Shown here: positions 14,109 to 26,885 of the stretch, one piece after another
Layout: each line of letters opens with the position of its first letter
How positions within the stretch are numbered: position 1 is the stretch's first letter
Program-made: the position numbers and the translations under genes
NCBI RefSeq assembly: GCF_003704095.1
Contig: NW_020843386.1
Span: forward strand, 186,001-249,948
DNA length: 63,948 nucleotides
Reading direction: 5' to 3'
Source of the DNA: Pocillopora damicornis
Lineage: Eukaryota
Notes under the pieces: generated by a model
Databases searched by the model: none
What the model was told of the DNA's origin: nothing
The model's input: only the letters and a program-made list of their open reading frames with translations

Positions 14109-14274
14109 CGCAGCCGATATTAGAACTTCGAGTAAAAGAGTTTTCGGAAGGCCTTTGCTCGGACTAGTCATGAAAATCTATGAATAATGTACTTGTTGAT
14201 AATGCGGGTGGCGGCTCGGCAATGATCGGTAATCTTCGTGCAGCTGTCGTTTTCAGGCACGTACAGCGATGCTG

Positions 14275-14780
14275 TCGTTTTTGTTTATTCTACTTATAAG
14301 AGCTTGCAGATAAGACTATATGGCTCCATCATCGCCACATCACAAAAAAAGAGATAATATTAAAAAAAGAGAATAAACCAATAAATTAAGCTTTTCTTCT
14401 ATAGAGCAGAATGAAGATTTTTTCCTATCGAGAATATTGCTTCAAAGATCACCGACGTTAAAAACAGAGCAATATGAACGTGATCACGCAGTTACGTAAG
14501 CTTTTTTATTAAAAGCTCCAATTTTTTCCGTGTTGCCGTCATTCTGTTTATTCTACTTATAAGGGTTTGCAGATAAAACTGCATGGCTCCATCATCGCCT
14601 CATCATAAAAAAAAGAGATAATATTGAAAAAATAAAATAAATCAATAAATGAAGCTTTTCGTCCAAAGAGCAGAATGAATAAGATATTTCCAATCGACAC
14701 TATTGCTACAAAGATCATCGGCGATACGAACGTGATCACACAGTTAAATAAACTTTTTTTTAAAGCTCCATTTTTTTCAA
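14275..14780. repeat. Local direct duplication, ~255 bp x2
   Basis: TGTTTATTCTACTTATAAG.G.TTGCAGATAA.ACT..ATGGCTCCATCATCGCC..AAAGATCA.CG.CG..GAACGTGATCAC.CAGTTA..AAAGCTCCA occurs at ~14282 and ~14546. Confidence 0.8.
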
Positions 14781-15189
14781 ATATTTGCGTTTACACTAAA
14801 ATGCAAGAAATGGTTAAAACAGCGAATAAAGCCGCATTTCAATAAAGTTTGACATTTGCGGTGAAGAGTTGGAGAAAAAAAGCATTGTATTTACCCTATG
14901 GCTTAAACTCGTAGATAAGTTGGCTGGAGTCGGGCGTTTTCATTTTCGAATCTGTTTTGGTTGGTATGGTTCTTTCTGTAGCGGAACATTTGAAATCCTT
15001 ACCTGTCATATAGTCTATCTGAAATTGAAACCTCTTTTGTGTTGTGCATCCCTTCCCCCTTCCCCCTCCGTCGCTGCTGCTCCGATCCCCCGACCGATCC
15101 CCTACTGTATAATTTTCCAAGATTTCGACTACAATGGCTAAATATACGATTTTTAAAGTCTGTTCTAAACAGTCGTTGTGCTTTCTTCG

Positions 15190-15622
15190 CAAATTGTCAC
15201 ACTTTGTTATGACACTTATCGCAATCTGTAGAACAGTTGTCACACTTTGTGATAATACCACTTGTCGTACCTCACAATGACACCTGCTGCGTTTTTTGTT
15301 AGAAAACACTTCTCCCTCTTTGTGATAACACTTGGCGCAGTTTGTAACAACACTTGTCAGACTTTGTAGCAACACTTATCGTACTTTTCAACAACACGTC
15401 TCACTTTGCAATAACACTTGTCGTACCTTGTAATAACCCTTTTCACACTTTGCAATAACACTTGTCACACTTTGCAATAACACTTGTCATACTTTGCAAT
15501 AACACTTGTCACACTTTGCAATAACATTTGTCACACTTTGCAATAACACTTGTCACACTTTGCAATAACACTTGTCACACTGTAATAATACTTGTGGTAC
15601 TTTGTAATAACACTTGCCGTAC
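15190..15622. repeat. 22-bp minisatellite (ACTTTGCAATAACACTTGTCAC)n
   Basis: Near-perfect units at 15447-15580, increasingly degenerate towards 15190; no spacers. Confidence 0.9.
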
Positions 15623-16352
15623 GTCACCATTTTTATTTGACAGAACAAAGTCAAAAATTGCAAAATGTTGAAGGAACTTTCTGGTACTTAGCTATTGATG
15701 AAAGTGTTAAATAGATGCATAATTTGCCGTTTTAGGCACTTCTATGAAATAATCCCTTGGTTTTTTTGAAAGGTGGTCCCACCGTACACGTAGAACTTTT
15801 GGTAAAAAAAAGAAATTCACATGGGATATCAGCGTCACTGTGCATGCTGTGATCAGTGAGAACAGTCAGATGAGCTCATTAATTTCCTTCTTTTGGGATC
15901 CAAAAGATGAAACTGAGCATGCGCAAAGGAAATGACCATAATTAACTGTATAAAAACCAGGAGTATTAATAAAAATTCTGTCGCCCTCCCAATCCCTCTT
16001 CAAATAGTAGAGTTAGTAGGCTATAGGTAACTAGGTGCTAGACCCCCGGCAGACTTCTCTTGGACTCGTCTCAATTTTCCCGCAGGTGGAGAAACGCTTT
16101 TTCCTGCAGCACTAACAGTGAATGCCTTTTTGCTGGCTTAAATCTAAGCTGAGAACAACGGTGTTCTGATTTATGTTTTGAGAGCTTCCTAAACGTGTAC
16201 GTTTGTTGCTGTTTGTGTTCAGATATGATGACTGGGTATGAAGGTTATATCGGTTTGTTAGATCAAAGTGATTGAAGTGCTATTGAATGTTGTGCACGCT
16301 CATGTCCAAAAATACGCACAGTACCTTCCTGTAAACAATACGAACTATGATT

Positions 16353-19300
16353 TCATTGGACCAAGATATATCCCATCGCTTTGATATTCGTGTCGCCGTT
16401 GTTTCTGGCAGCTTCGTTGCCACATGTGTTATTATCGTCGCCACGTCCTCCAGAACCAAACCCAATTCTAGAATCACAGGTAGCGCAGCTATTTTGGCCG
16501 TTACTCAGAATTCCAATCCTTGCTTTGGGCCAAATCAGGTTACCCCTGTTTTCAGGCGTTTGTTTTACATTAAATCCTTCTTTGTTGCAATTGGGCTGCA
16601 ATGAAACCTTAGAACCAATCAGCCACTTCCACGTGTCACGACCCAATGAGGTTGCACGGTATTCGCCATCAGCGATCAGTGAGTAGAGAGACTTCGCCCG
16701 CCTCGCAATGGCTACGTACCTAATGTGACCGTCGATCTTCATACCAAGACAGATTTTGGTGAATGGTGTGTTCCAATAAGTCGGTAATTTGGTCTCTTGT
16801 AAGTCGAACCCAGACTTCCCTCCTTCAAGATTAAGGGTATCCTTGTTGATCCACAGGTTGGAATCGTAATGGAACGTCCTCTGGGTATCAGTACAAACAT
16901 AATTCTCACTAAATTTCGTATAAGGATAGCTTTTCATTTGGCGCCCAAATAAGCACGGATTTATTCGCCCGTAAATATAATCTGTTCCGAGAAGTGAACA
17001 GTTAACCAATAGCAAAGCTAGAGAAAAACTGCGAGCTTTGAGGAACAGATGATATCCAAGGACAAATTTCCAGCTTATTTCCAGGCCAAATGGAGGTTTA
17101 TGTAATTATCATATATTATTTTTTATACAGTGAGCGGAGCAAAAGGTTTAAAAACAGCTTTCAGTCGCAAACAGGTGTAAACTATTGAGAGCGAGTTTGT
17201 GAACAAACAATTTAAGTCTCCTCGCGTCTGTTTAAACATCGTCAAAATACACTCAACTTTTGCTAAAGAATACGGTCATCGTTAGCATCATGAGAAAAGA
17301 TTTTAAACTAGCCGGAATATCCCTAGGCAAATGTCATCAGACTGTTGCCAGTGTTAGCTTGGGTATCTTCCGTTAGGTTACGCGTCTAGGTCGAGGGAAA
17401 TGCAATTCAGGAAATCTCTACTGGAATACAGATCCCAGAGGCACATATCAATGGAAGGATGCGAGAAGATTACTGATAAACTTGAAATTCAGTCTTTTCT
17501 ATTTTGCATGCAGCATTTTTATTCCCTGTGCATTTTATAGGCAGGGCATGTCTTAATTTTCTGTAACATCGCTTGCATAAGTTTCTTGCCTTTTAAAATG
17601 AAAGCTGTGTATACCTTTGAGCCATTCATCTTCATGACCAGCGTCCAACCATTTCCATCGCATCTGCCAAGCCCTTTCATGTGACAGTACACCCAAATGC
17701 TCTGATTACCAATTTGCAATAAATAGGCTTTGTTTTGTATGCCCCTGATAGAATAAAGCACAAGTGATAAAACCCTCGATATACTAGCAAACCTACGGTC
17801 AGTTCCATAAGTCGAAGAATTTGTTTTTATCAACTGAGTTGACATTGTGAATTGGGCACAGAGTTTCTAAACTGACCTTTTAAGCGTTAGCCCTTTGTAT
17901 GAGGACATTATCGACTCAGTTTAAAGAACCGAACTACTTCGTAATTCCCCTCCCCAACCCCCAACCCCCATCGACGCAACACTACATTTTGTTCAGAAAT
18001 TTACCCCCTTTATTTTACAATTTGAATCAATTTAGCTAATTAACCCTTTTTCTTTAGGTATTTTCAGTGTCTCTGATGTTCACAGAAGTGTTAAATCCAT
18101 CAACATCTGATTACAGTGATAAATTTTTTTTAACAATTGAAAGTATAAGACAATTTAAGTAAAGTCATAGACTTACAAATTCTTGTTATAGATTCCCTTG
18201 CAAGACGAGTTCCATAAGGCAGCTAAATGGACGAAAGAAAAAAACACGCCGAGCTATTAAAATACGCGTGGGTTTTTAAATGAAGTAAAACTACAGCACT
18301 AGATATTGCCAGCTGAAGAAACCTAAATCAGCAAGATATTAGCTTATAAGTTCACAATCGGTGGTAATTTTTGCAATGCAACGATTCACACCTCTATCAA
18401 ATTTATTATTCCTTTTTCCAAATTAAACGTTACGAGCAAGAAATAGATAAATGCTACCTGACTTAATTTCACATCTGTCTCCTGTCCAAGGTTTTTCGCA
18501 AAAGCATGAAAAAGTTTGTTTGTTCTCGTTAGGCAAGCAAGAACCACCGTTGAGGCAAATTTCAATAAGACATCCCTGTCAACGAAAAATAACCACAATA
18601 AAAAGTTGTGTAAAAAAAATCCGTTGTGATAAAACTGATTTTGAGTTAAAATCATGGTCTGGTGACTTTTCATTCACGATTTGATTTTTAAGCAGCTGAA
18701 TCATCGTAAAATGTTATATACACTCCACAAAAGGTAATTTTTGATTCAAAGAACCAAATATTAAGCTAGAAATTTAGGAGAAAATTATTACTTTTAACAC
18801 ATTCGCGAGAAATTTGCATTAGGAGGTAAACAAGAGAACCGTGCGCTAAAATCCTGAAGCCTTTTTATTGCCGAGAGATCAAATTTTTGCTAAAATCCTC
18901 AGGAGACATAGTTCTTTCAATTTAAAAGAATCATAGATAACAAATGTTTGGGTTCGAAGTTTTTCAAACCCAAGCTTTATGTTGTATTTCCTATCTTAAA
19001 AGACTTAATGGAATTATTACAATAATAAAGTGTATATGTTTCTACTTAGAAGAACTTGTCAGACGATGCGAAAAAGGTGATAATGAACTGGTCTATTTTG
19101 GGAAGACAATGGTAGATATTACTTCAAAAAGGTTGCATTGAAGTTTAGCAAAATTAGGGACAGTAGAAGTATAATGGTCTTTAAAAGACCGAGAAAAAAA
19201 AACTTGAAATAAGCAAAGATCCGGAAAAATTTCACCCATTCTTGATGTCAGATTTTGAGCAGATTTCCATCCATACTTTCCAAAAAAACCTGTTTGCTTC

Positions 19301-19898
19301 CCAAAAAACTGTTTACTTCTTAAAGCATTGGCAAAATAACACCTCGTTGTTAATTAAATTTAATTCTTTCGGATGCAAATGAATGAAACAATCCAAAAGA
19401 AACATGGAGAAATCCCGCAGCAAAAATGGAAGGCACAATCACTGATTGTTTGAATGATTCTAGAAATGACAATTTTGCCCAAAGACATTTCACTCTCATA
19501 TTGTTATGACTTGTTTGCATATGTGATATGGACGATAACAACATACATTTCATTACCTTTAGTAGAATTGAGAAAGTTATTCCCTCCTGTTCAGCAAAGT
19601 GGGTGTCGTCGTTAATCACAGAGATGTTATGCCTGTTCAATTCACAAATCCCTTCGTCTTCCTCCATGGAAGAACCTAACCTGAAGTTCGTGGAGGTACA
19701 CCACGAATTTCGCAGACATTCATGACCGCACGATAACAAACTGGGAGAATCAAACCTTTTGACAACATATCCCAAAAGCTGCTTGTTTCCGTGCGTTTCA
19801 AAATATGATGAATGAGAAGCTGATCTGGATTTTTCTTCAGTTGAAAAAGCAGTAATACTTTGAAAAACGAAAAGTAATAGGACGTTTTTACACTCCAT
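16353..19898 (-). CDS. Secreted PAN + EGF + fibrinogen-N-like + USOMP5-like protein (gene D)
   Basis: Exons 19898-19557 (MECKNVLLLFVF..PAN), 18575-18458 (118 nt EGF), 18222-18177 (46 nt), 17744-17615 (130 nt), 16880-16353; GT-AG introns, frame continuous. Confidence 0.85.
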
Positions 19899-20380
19899 TA
19901 GAAATAGACTAAACAAACGTACCCCAGCCAGAAGATATTCAAATGTTATTACATGTTGCCTCGTCGCATCTCGATCCTGTGATAATAAAGTGTTTCGTCG
20001 CTGCGATCAGCTGCCTCGTAACTAGAGCCGAAGTCTTTCGCCTATTTTCGGTAATCTTCGGATATCATTGTCGATACGAAGAGTAGGGCGACGTTATATT
20101 TTTGATAACACCCTCTTACTTTGTAAATTGATGCAATTCTCAGAATCCAAACACAAGGGACTAAGGGCTATTTGTAAGAAGACATGGCAAAGGTAACCGA
20201 CGAACAACGGAAAAACCATTTTAATTCAGATGATGCAATTAAAGCGAATTGAATTTAGGAGATTTAAATAAAGAACGTGTTTTACGTGTCGCGCACACTT
20301 GTTATCACCGACGTTTTCCCTAATTCGTGACGAAAGATTTTTAAACCGTATTATTGACCCGTGCCAAATTGGAATATGCA

Positions 20381-20630
20381 CGACTGTGAATATATGAAAG
20401 TTATATTATTATGACGAAGATCGCTTTCATATTCACGTCTTTATCCACCACTTCACGGATCTATTTGGAACCAGCATAATGACTAGCTCCCAATTAGCTT
20501 GTTAGCTCAGTTGGTAGAGCGCTACACCAGTATCGCAGAAGTCATGGGTTCAAATCCCGTACAGGCCTGAATTTTTTTCAGGCCTTATTTGCACTACTGC
20601 TCAAGTACTGCGAAGATCGCTTTCGTATTG
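20381..20630 (+). repeat. tRNA-derived dispersed repeat containing a tRNA-Thr-like pseudogene (20496-20569)
   Basis: GCTTGTTAGCTCAGTTGGTAGAGC..GGGTTCAAATCCCGTACAGGC cloverleaf-like core with mismatched anticodon stem (CTACA/CGCAG), flanked by repeated CGAAGATCGCTTTC. Confidence 0.65.
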
Positions 20631-21083
20631 GAAAACGAAGTTATGAATTCTTTTGACAGGAGTCTATGGGATGATTTGCAATAAACAACGTCCTCACGTC
20701 GAACGCAAAAGCAGGGAAGTTGAGATTCTCAGGCTTTGCCGAGGATCTTTTCCAAGATGGCAGCTTGAGGCATTCATGAGATGATCTACCGAGGAGAACA
20801 TTATGTCCATATTACATGAATAAAGATTTAGCGGACAAAACGTCAATTTCTCCATTTTATTATGTTTTTCATGACCGTTTATTTGACGGACAAAGGTATG
20901 TGGCTGCATAATGATATAAATGTAATTCTATTCTAAGTACGTAGGTATTTTAGTTTTACTATTACAGTTAGGGTTTTTTTCAAACATAAATGAAATGATT
21001 TCTTTCAAAATGAAAGTAGCTGGGGTCTGTATATCAAAATTAAGTGACTGCAAGAGAAACAGCCACTTACGAGTTAGCCTTAA

Positions 21084-23877
21084 TTAAATACTTTTTTGGC
21101 AAAGAATGAAAGGAAAATTATTCGGTGACACCCTCCCGTTCAAAACACAATAATTGTCATTCCACTTTCCATTTTCCTGCCCTTCAGTGACGGTGTGAAC
21201 GCACTCTTCTCGGGTACTGCTCGGCTGTGACCCGGCCCATGCAGAGTATTCCAGCGGAGTATCATCGACCCAGTAGAACGCGTAGTCTGGAAAAAAATCT
21301 CGTTGCAGTCCAATCCACACGCCTAACGCTTGTACTGTTGGCTGATTCGCTACCAGGTTAAGGATGATGTTATTCTCGTTCACGGATTTTATGACGGCTA
21401 GGTCTGCTCCATAATTTTCGCAAGTCCAACGGGCATAGTTCCAAGAAGCAGTTGGAATATCGATTATGAAAAAACACGAGCTTTCAAAAACGGCTCCGGA
21501 AACTTCGGGACAATTGCCTGTTCGACAAAAAAATGAGATTCTCAGTAACGACTTCGATTCACTCGTTTATAAAAAGATTCCGATTTGAACGCCCCAGGGC
21601 TAATAAATACTTCAAACAGTCAAAATACGAGCATTCATGAAAGGAAATGAATTAACGATAGTTTCTGTCAGCTCATTTTTTGGAGTAAAATGATTCTTGA
21701 TAAATCTTGCTAATTCCACGCTTTCCGAAAGGTATCGAACTACCTTGAGGTTACAGTGAGGTTGATGAGGAAGACAAATTTGCTGCATTTTTAAATACAT
21801 GAAGCAACAAAATGACCAGAATTTCACCCCAAAAGCCATGTAAGCACTGACCTTTTCACACAACCTCGAGTAGCTTTCTAATCTCAGGTTGAATCACCTA
21901 GAAAGGCAACCCATTTTTTGTCGTAGGTTTGAAAGTATTCCTTTTTGGACTCTTTTTTCAGATGATTTTTCAGTATAGCCTTTGTGTTTAGGCAATTGCT
22001 CCTCAAAAAGGCTGGGCCGGGTCATTCTCGAAGCAAACCTCGTCTGCGCAGACCAGCATGGGCAAGCCTCATTCAGACTTATTTTCAGCACTTTTTGTCA
22101 AAAATTCAAACATGAGCTCATGAAGATATGCCCTACCTGAAAACTCATATCCATTGGCTGCGGGAAGCATAATTTCACATCTGTCTCCGATCCAAGGTAT
22201 TTTGCAAGAGCATGTGAACGTGTTTTTCTTCATGTCTGATAAACAAGAACCGTCATTCATGCAGCCGGTAACCAAACAGCCCTATGAAACAGGTTAGAAG
22301 CAAGAGTTGTAAGCACATTAAGGATGGTAGTAACCTTCAATTCAAAGTTTAATGTAAGGAGTCTCTGGATTGTAAAGTAGTCTGATAATAAACTGCAACT
22401 CATGGCCACTATAAATTTGTTGATGCATGTCATTTGATGTGAAGGAAAAATTGCAAAATTAACAGATTTAAATTTCTGAAATGTTTTCTCCCATTCATTA
22501 AGCCGTCATAGCAGTTTCAACCAGAGATATTATCGGCTTGATGAACGCGATAGTTTGACCCAAAGAACACATGAAACTGACATATATGTTATGCGTTATG
22601 CAAACCCGAATCCTGCCCAAAAGTAGGCTTAAATGGACATCGACTCCACCAAACGAGGATAAGCAACATTTGTATTTAATAAATTTTTGGAGGCTTTTAG
22701 TAGTTGCTTCCTAGCCGTCCAATATGATATTATTGTCGTTTACTGATGATGAATGATGAACTTAAAGCCTCCCACAGGTGAAACAAACCCATTTAAGGAA
22801 GGTAAAGTGGTTGTACCCTCGTGTGCCGTACCAAATAAATTTTTCGCGCTCGGCAATGGCCGCTTTAAAAGCAAAAAAAATGCAGATGTCTTCCAAATAA
22901 TTATGATAAAATGGAAATGCGAGAGCCTCGTTATATACAATCTCCAGTCGTATTACACTATAAACTATCGTACCTGGTTCGGTTGTAATCGGATAAGACA
23001 GAATCGTGAGTTAAGATTTAGAACCTTGTGCAAGATGTTCCATTTGATGTTCGATTCATCGGGCACGCAAGATGTTGAGATGTGATGCTTTTGGCAACGA
23101 GCTTGATATAATTTCAAAGGAGAATTTGAGGCCATTTTACGGTTGCAAGTCTATAGCAAGGCTGACGATAGATATTATCATGACTGTAATGATTTTTTCT
23201 GGCTTATCAATGCAGCATGAAATGACGGATACCTTTCTTAAGACAGTAAAGGCCGGTAATTCAAACAAAGTTTAGCCGTTATTTAACAAAGCCGCGTTCT
23301 AAGCCTTCTTGAACTAAGCTGAATCTGTTATCTGAACATTTACTTTTGTAAACAGTGTCAATAGGGCCAAACCAAGTTGTGGAAAGACATTTATTTATCG
23401 AAAAAAAAACCGGGCTTATAGAGAATACATAAGGCCCATTGCTTGCGTAAAACTCTTGTAAATTACAAGCCCAAAGAGTTCTCTCAAGCTATATTACACT
23501 GGCTATCCTTATTATTCTGATTTTATTACCTTAAGTAAGTGCGAAAAGGTAACTCCCAGCTGGTTTTGGAGGTTGCTGTTTTGGCTGTTAACCGAGAAAT
23601 CATGTTTGTTCAGTTCACAAGTTCCTTTTCCATTCTTCATAGAGGACAATTTGAAGTTTGTGGAAGTACACCAGGCAGTGTTCTGACAGTGTTGGCCGCA
23701 CGATAACAAACTGGCAGAATCAAAATGATCAACTACGTATCCGATAAGCTCTGTATCTTTCAGGGTTGTAAAATAGGATGAACGGGAAGATGTTGTGTAG
23801 TTCTCGATGGAGAATTTCAATTTATCAGCCAAAATAATTCGAAGCAGAACTGACATAAAAAATTTAGTGTACTTCAT
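21084..23877 (-). CDS. Secreted PAN + EGF + C-type lectin protein (gene E)
   Basis: Exons 23877-23530 (PAN), 22281-22137 (EGF extended by 27 nt, phase 1), 21517-21084 (CTL: CPEV..SCFF..SWNYARWTC..ADLAVIKS..WIGL..WAGSQPS..ECV..WNDNYC..ILCQK*). Confidence 0.85.
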
Positions 23878-25885
23878 AATTAAGGACTAAAACAGACATT
23901 AACCATCGTAAGGGCGATAATCAAGCGGTTTTTGTTCATTATTTAGCTGTGTTTCTTGTAAAGGTCCAATATCGAGAAGCACTTAATCTTTTTGATGAAA
24001 ACAGGAATCATTTAGAAAAAAGTGAAGACAGAACACCTGGCTTCATAGAGGTTTTCCCTGCCTGGTTTATTTTTTTCTGTATCAGAGATGGTCAAGATTA
24101 TTCCATGCGACAAAACTTGCATCATCAATCAGGCTTGAAGTAGGTTTAAGACAAAATGTTTTTTTTTATAAACAATGGTGAATGGAGAATACAGCGCAAA
24201 GACATTGAATCTATTATGGTCAAAAGAAATTAAAAGTGGCAGCTTTTTTGTTCTGAAATCTCTATAGTGCCGTGGTACACTGTTAATCTGCGATCCTTTT
24301 ATTTACCTAGATAGAATAGAGTAATGCTTGGTTCCTGCTGAGCTTAATTATTATACATTAAATTACATTATGATTGGTCGAGAGCATTCAATCGATACAC
24401 AATAGCGTTCGAAATTGACATGACAAGTGCAATATCAGCGGCGGATTTTGCATTCAAAGTCCTGTAGTTGCCAAGTCTATCGTCCGTGTATTTTTCTCAA
24501 ACTTTATCATACTTGGAGAAAAGTGCCCTCTTTTGCAGATTGTTCTAAAAATGTATAATTAAACAGTTATTGAGTTAGATTTTCGCATGATATCATGGAT
24601 TATGAAACTTCACCTCTTGCGTAACCGTAACTAAAGCGACTTACCGTCGCCAAATTGCCGAAAAAAAAAATTAATGATCATTAACCATCGGTAAAAGCGA
24701 TCTATATTTTCGCACTTGTTACAGACAAAGAGATTTACATGTAAGTACATATTGCCTCCGCTAACGCAGCTGGCTAGTCAAATGTACTTTACAGTTTTTT
24801 TTTTTGTTCTTTTTTTTTAAACTGGTGTGGTAAATGATACACTGGTCAACAGTAACCATCTTTTAAACAACCGGGGCAAGGAATGTTAAGTAAATGAATC
24901 TAAGATTTTTGTTTGATAAGCTTTCGATGAAGGAGTACCCTTAAGCTCGGACTTTATGTACATAACCCCATTCTTCTCTTGCTTTTTACATGCAAAGTGC
25001 AGTCGCAAGAGACTCGACATACCCTACCCATGACAACTGGGAGCAAGTTTAACTCGATCCAGTTTTCCTTATTCGTTTCCAAACAAATCGATTTATAGAT
25101 TAAATTAATGATTACAATAACCAGCAAAAGTGAATTAATAAAGTGCGTTCGGTCTAGCTGATGTATGGATATTTGAATCTAGGTGTTGTTACAATTTTTT
25201 TTTGCCGTTGTTTGCTACGCTGTGGAAAAAAAGCGAAGGGGATTGGGAAGGGGAATTGCATCAAAATTTTAACCTGAAAACCTAAATGTAATGAATAATG
25301 TTTTCGAAGATCCTTGAAGGACTCACGTGCAAAATCGACCAATTTTTAGCTTTTAAACTCAAGAAGTACATGTTATCAAACCCCTGAATCACTTTTACTA
25401 CCAAAGTAATTGAAGATAAAAACACGTCGTGTCGAAATTTGCATCACAAAACTTAAAAGGAAGAAACGTCAATTCAAAAAGAACCGAAGCTTCTTCTCAA
25501 TAAAACCACCTGCATTCGTGGAATATTAGTGGAGTCACCTGCCACTTACAAAATCAGCCAAACAAAGGAGTAAACTAGGCTAAATGAGCAAAATCCTTTG
25601 ACTTCCTGTTTGAAAAGTTAACTTCACTCCTTGTGAAAAAAATAATCATTTTCAGGTAATGTTTAATAAGTGAAATAAAGGCAAAATGACCGCGAACATT
25701 CTCTCTCGCGGCACAATTCAAACCGTTCAATTTCTCGGGGCTGGAGAGTATTTGAAATTTTCTTGTCCAAGCTAGTTCTAAACAAACGTTATCAAAAAGG
25801 TACAACACTACAACATATTTCAATAATTTAAAACAGCGAACAATATGCAGAGCTAAGTTCAAATATCATTATGCAGCACTGAAAT

Positions 25886-26242
25886 TCCTAGTAGAAGCAT
25901 TGAAAAAGTAAATTCCGTCCGGTCATCAAAGTTGCTGTTTTTGTTTACAACAAAGACAAGGTGCTTCTTCAGTTCACGAGTTCCTTCGTCATCTGTCTTA
26001 GAGGAAGACGACTTAAAGCTTGTGGAAGAACACCATTGATTTCTTAGGCATTGCTGACTGCAAGATAGCAAACTTGAAGAGACAAACCCTGATTTGAAAG
26101 CATACCCCAAAAGCTGCTTGTTCTCCCAATGTTGAAACCGTAATGAAAGAGAAAACATTGAGTCATATTTACCTAACTGGATAACAAAATCTGATAGAGT
26201 TTGAACGAACAATAATAGTAATATTGTTTTACTCCAAGCCAT
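25886..26242 (-). pseudogene. Orphan PAN exon (probable pseudogene)
   Basis: MAWSKTILLLLFVQT..CSQQCLRNQWCSSTSF..GTRELKKH: the fourth Cys is Arg, and the paralogous donor AAG|GTAATT reads CTA|GGAATT (GT lost). No C-terminal module lies between it and gene E. Confidence 0.7.
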
Positions 26243-26694
26243 TTGCAACTAAAGTGAGTTCCCTGTGTAGATGGAGATTTCAGGCTACAGAAGAAAGAAG
26301 AGTGGTCCGCTTTTTTCAGAAACCTGATCTCAACGTCATGTGACAAATGGGATGTTTTTACACCTGACCCTTAAGTTTCATTTTCTTTGTTCAAACAATG
26401 TCAAAAATAATAATTACCTTTTAGTAAAACCCAACCAAATATATATGACCCGTGCTGAGGTGAAATGTTGGTAAGATGCCCTCAAATCACTGCAGTTGTC
26501 ATGGACAAAGAACGTGAAAAACTCAACGCTTAAGTCTTTGCAAGTTCTATGTTCTATTATCACAAAAGCTTTTACCACTGAAATAAGTTAAAAAGATAGC
26601 TTAGAAGCGGGAAATATTCAATTTAAGACAACCGAACGTTCTTATCTACAGAGGCACCTGCATAAAAAGTGGAATATGAATGAAGATTCATGAG

Positions 26695-26885
26695 ATACGT
26701 CCAAAATGCGTGCAGTAACGAATATGGCGAAAAACTCGTCAAAATCGTAAATTCCGCCAAGCTGACTTTGCTTTGAAGAATTTGACCAAAATTCGCCAAA
26801 ATCGTCAAATCAATGAAGATTCATTTACTTTTAACGAAATTTCGTCAAATCTGCCGTTTATTTACTGCGCGCATTTCTGGATATA
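26695..26885. mobile_element. MITE-like element with imperfect terminal inverted repeats
   Basis: ATACGTCCAAAATGCGTGCAGTAA ... TTACTGCGCGCATTTCTGGATAT; internal CGTCAAA/CGCCAA sub-repeats. Confidence 0.55.

Noticed and set aside
14896-15375. 159-aa minus-strand ORF
   Set aside because: Largely translated minisatellite and low-complexity sequence; no recognisable domain
15190-15622. CRISPR-like array
   Set aside because: Head-to-tail 22-bp units without unique spacers, eukaryotic context, no cas genes
20496-20569. Functional tRNA-Thr gene
   Set aside because: Anticodon stem is mismatched and it is embedded in a repeat unit; treated as a tRNA-derived repeat
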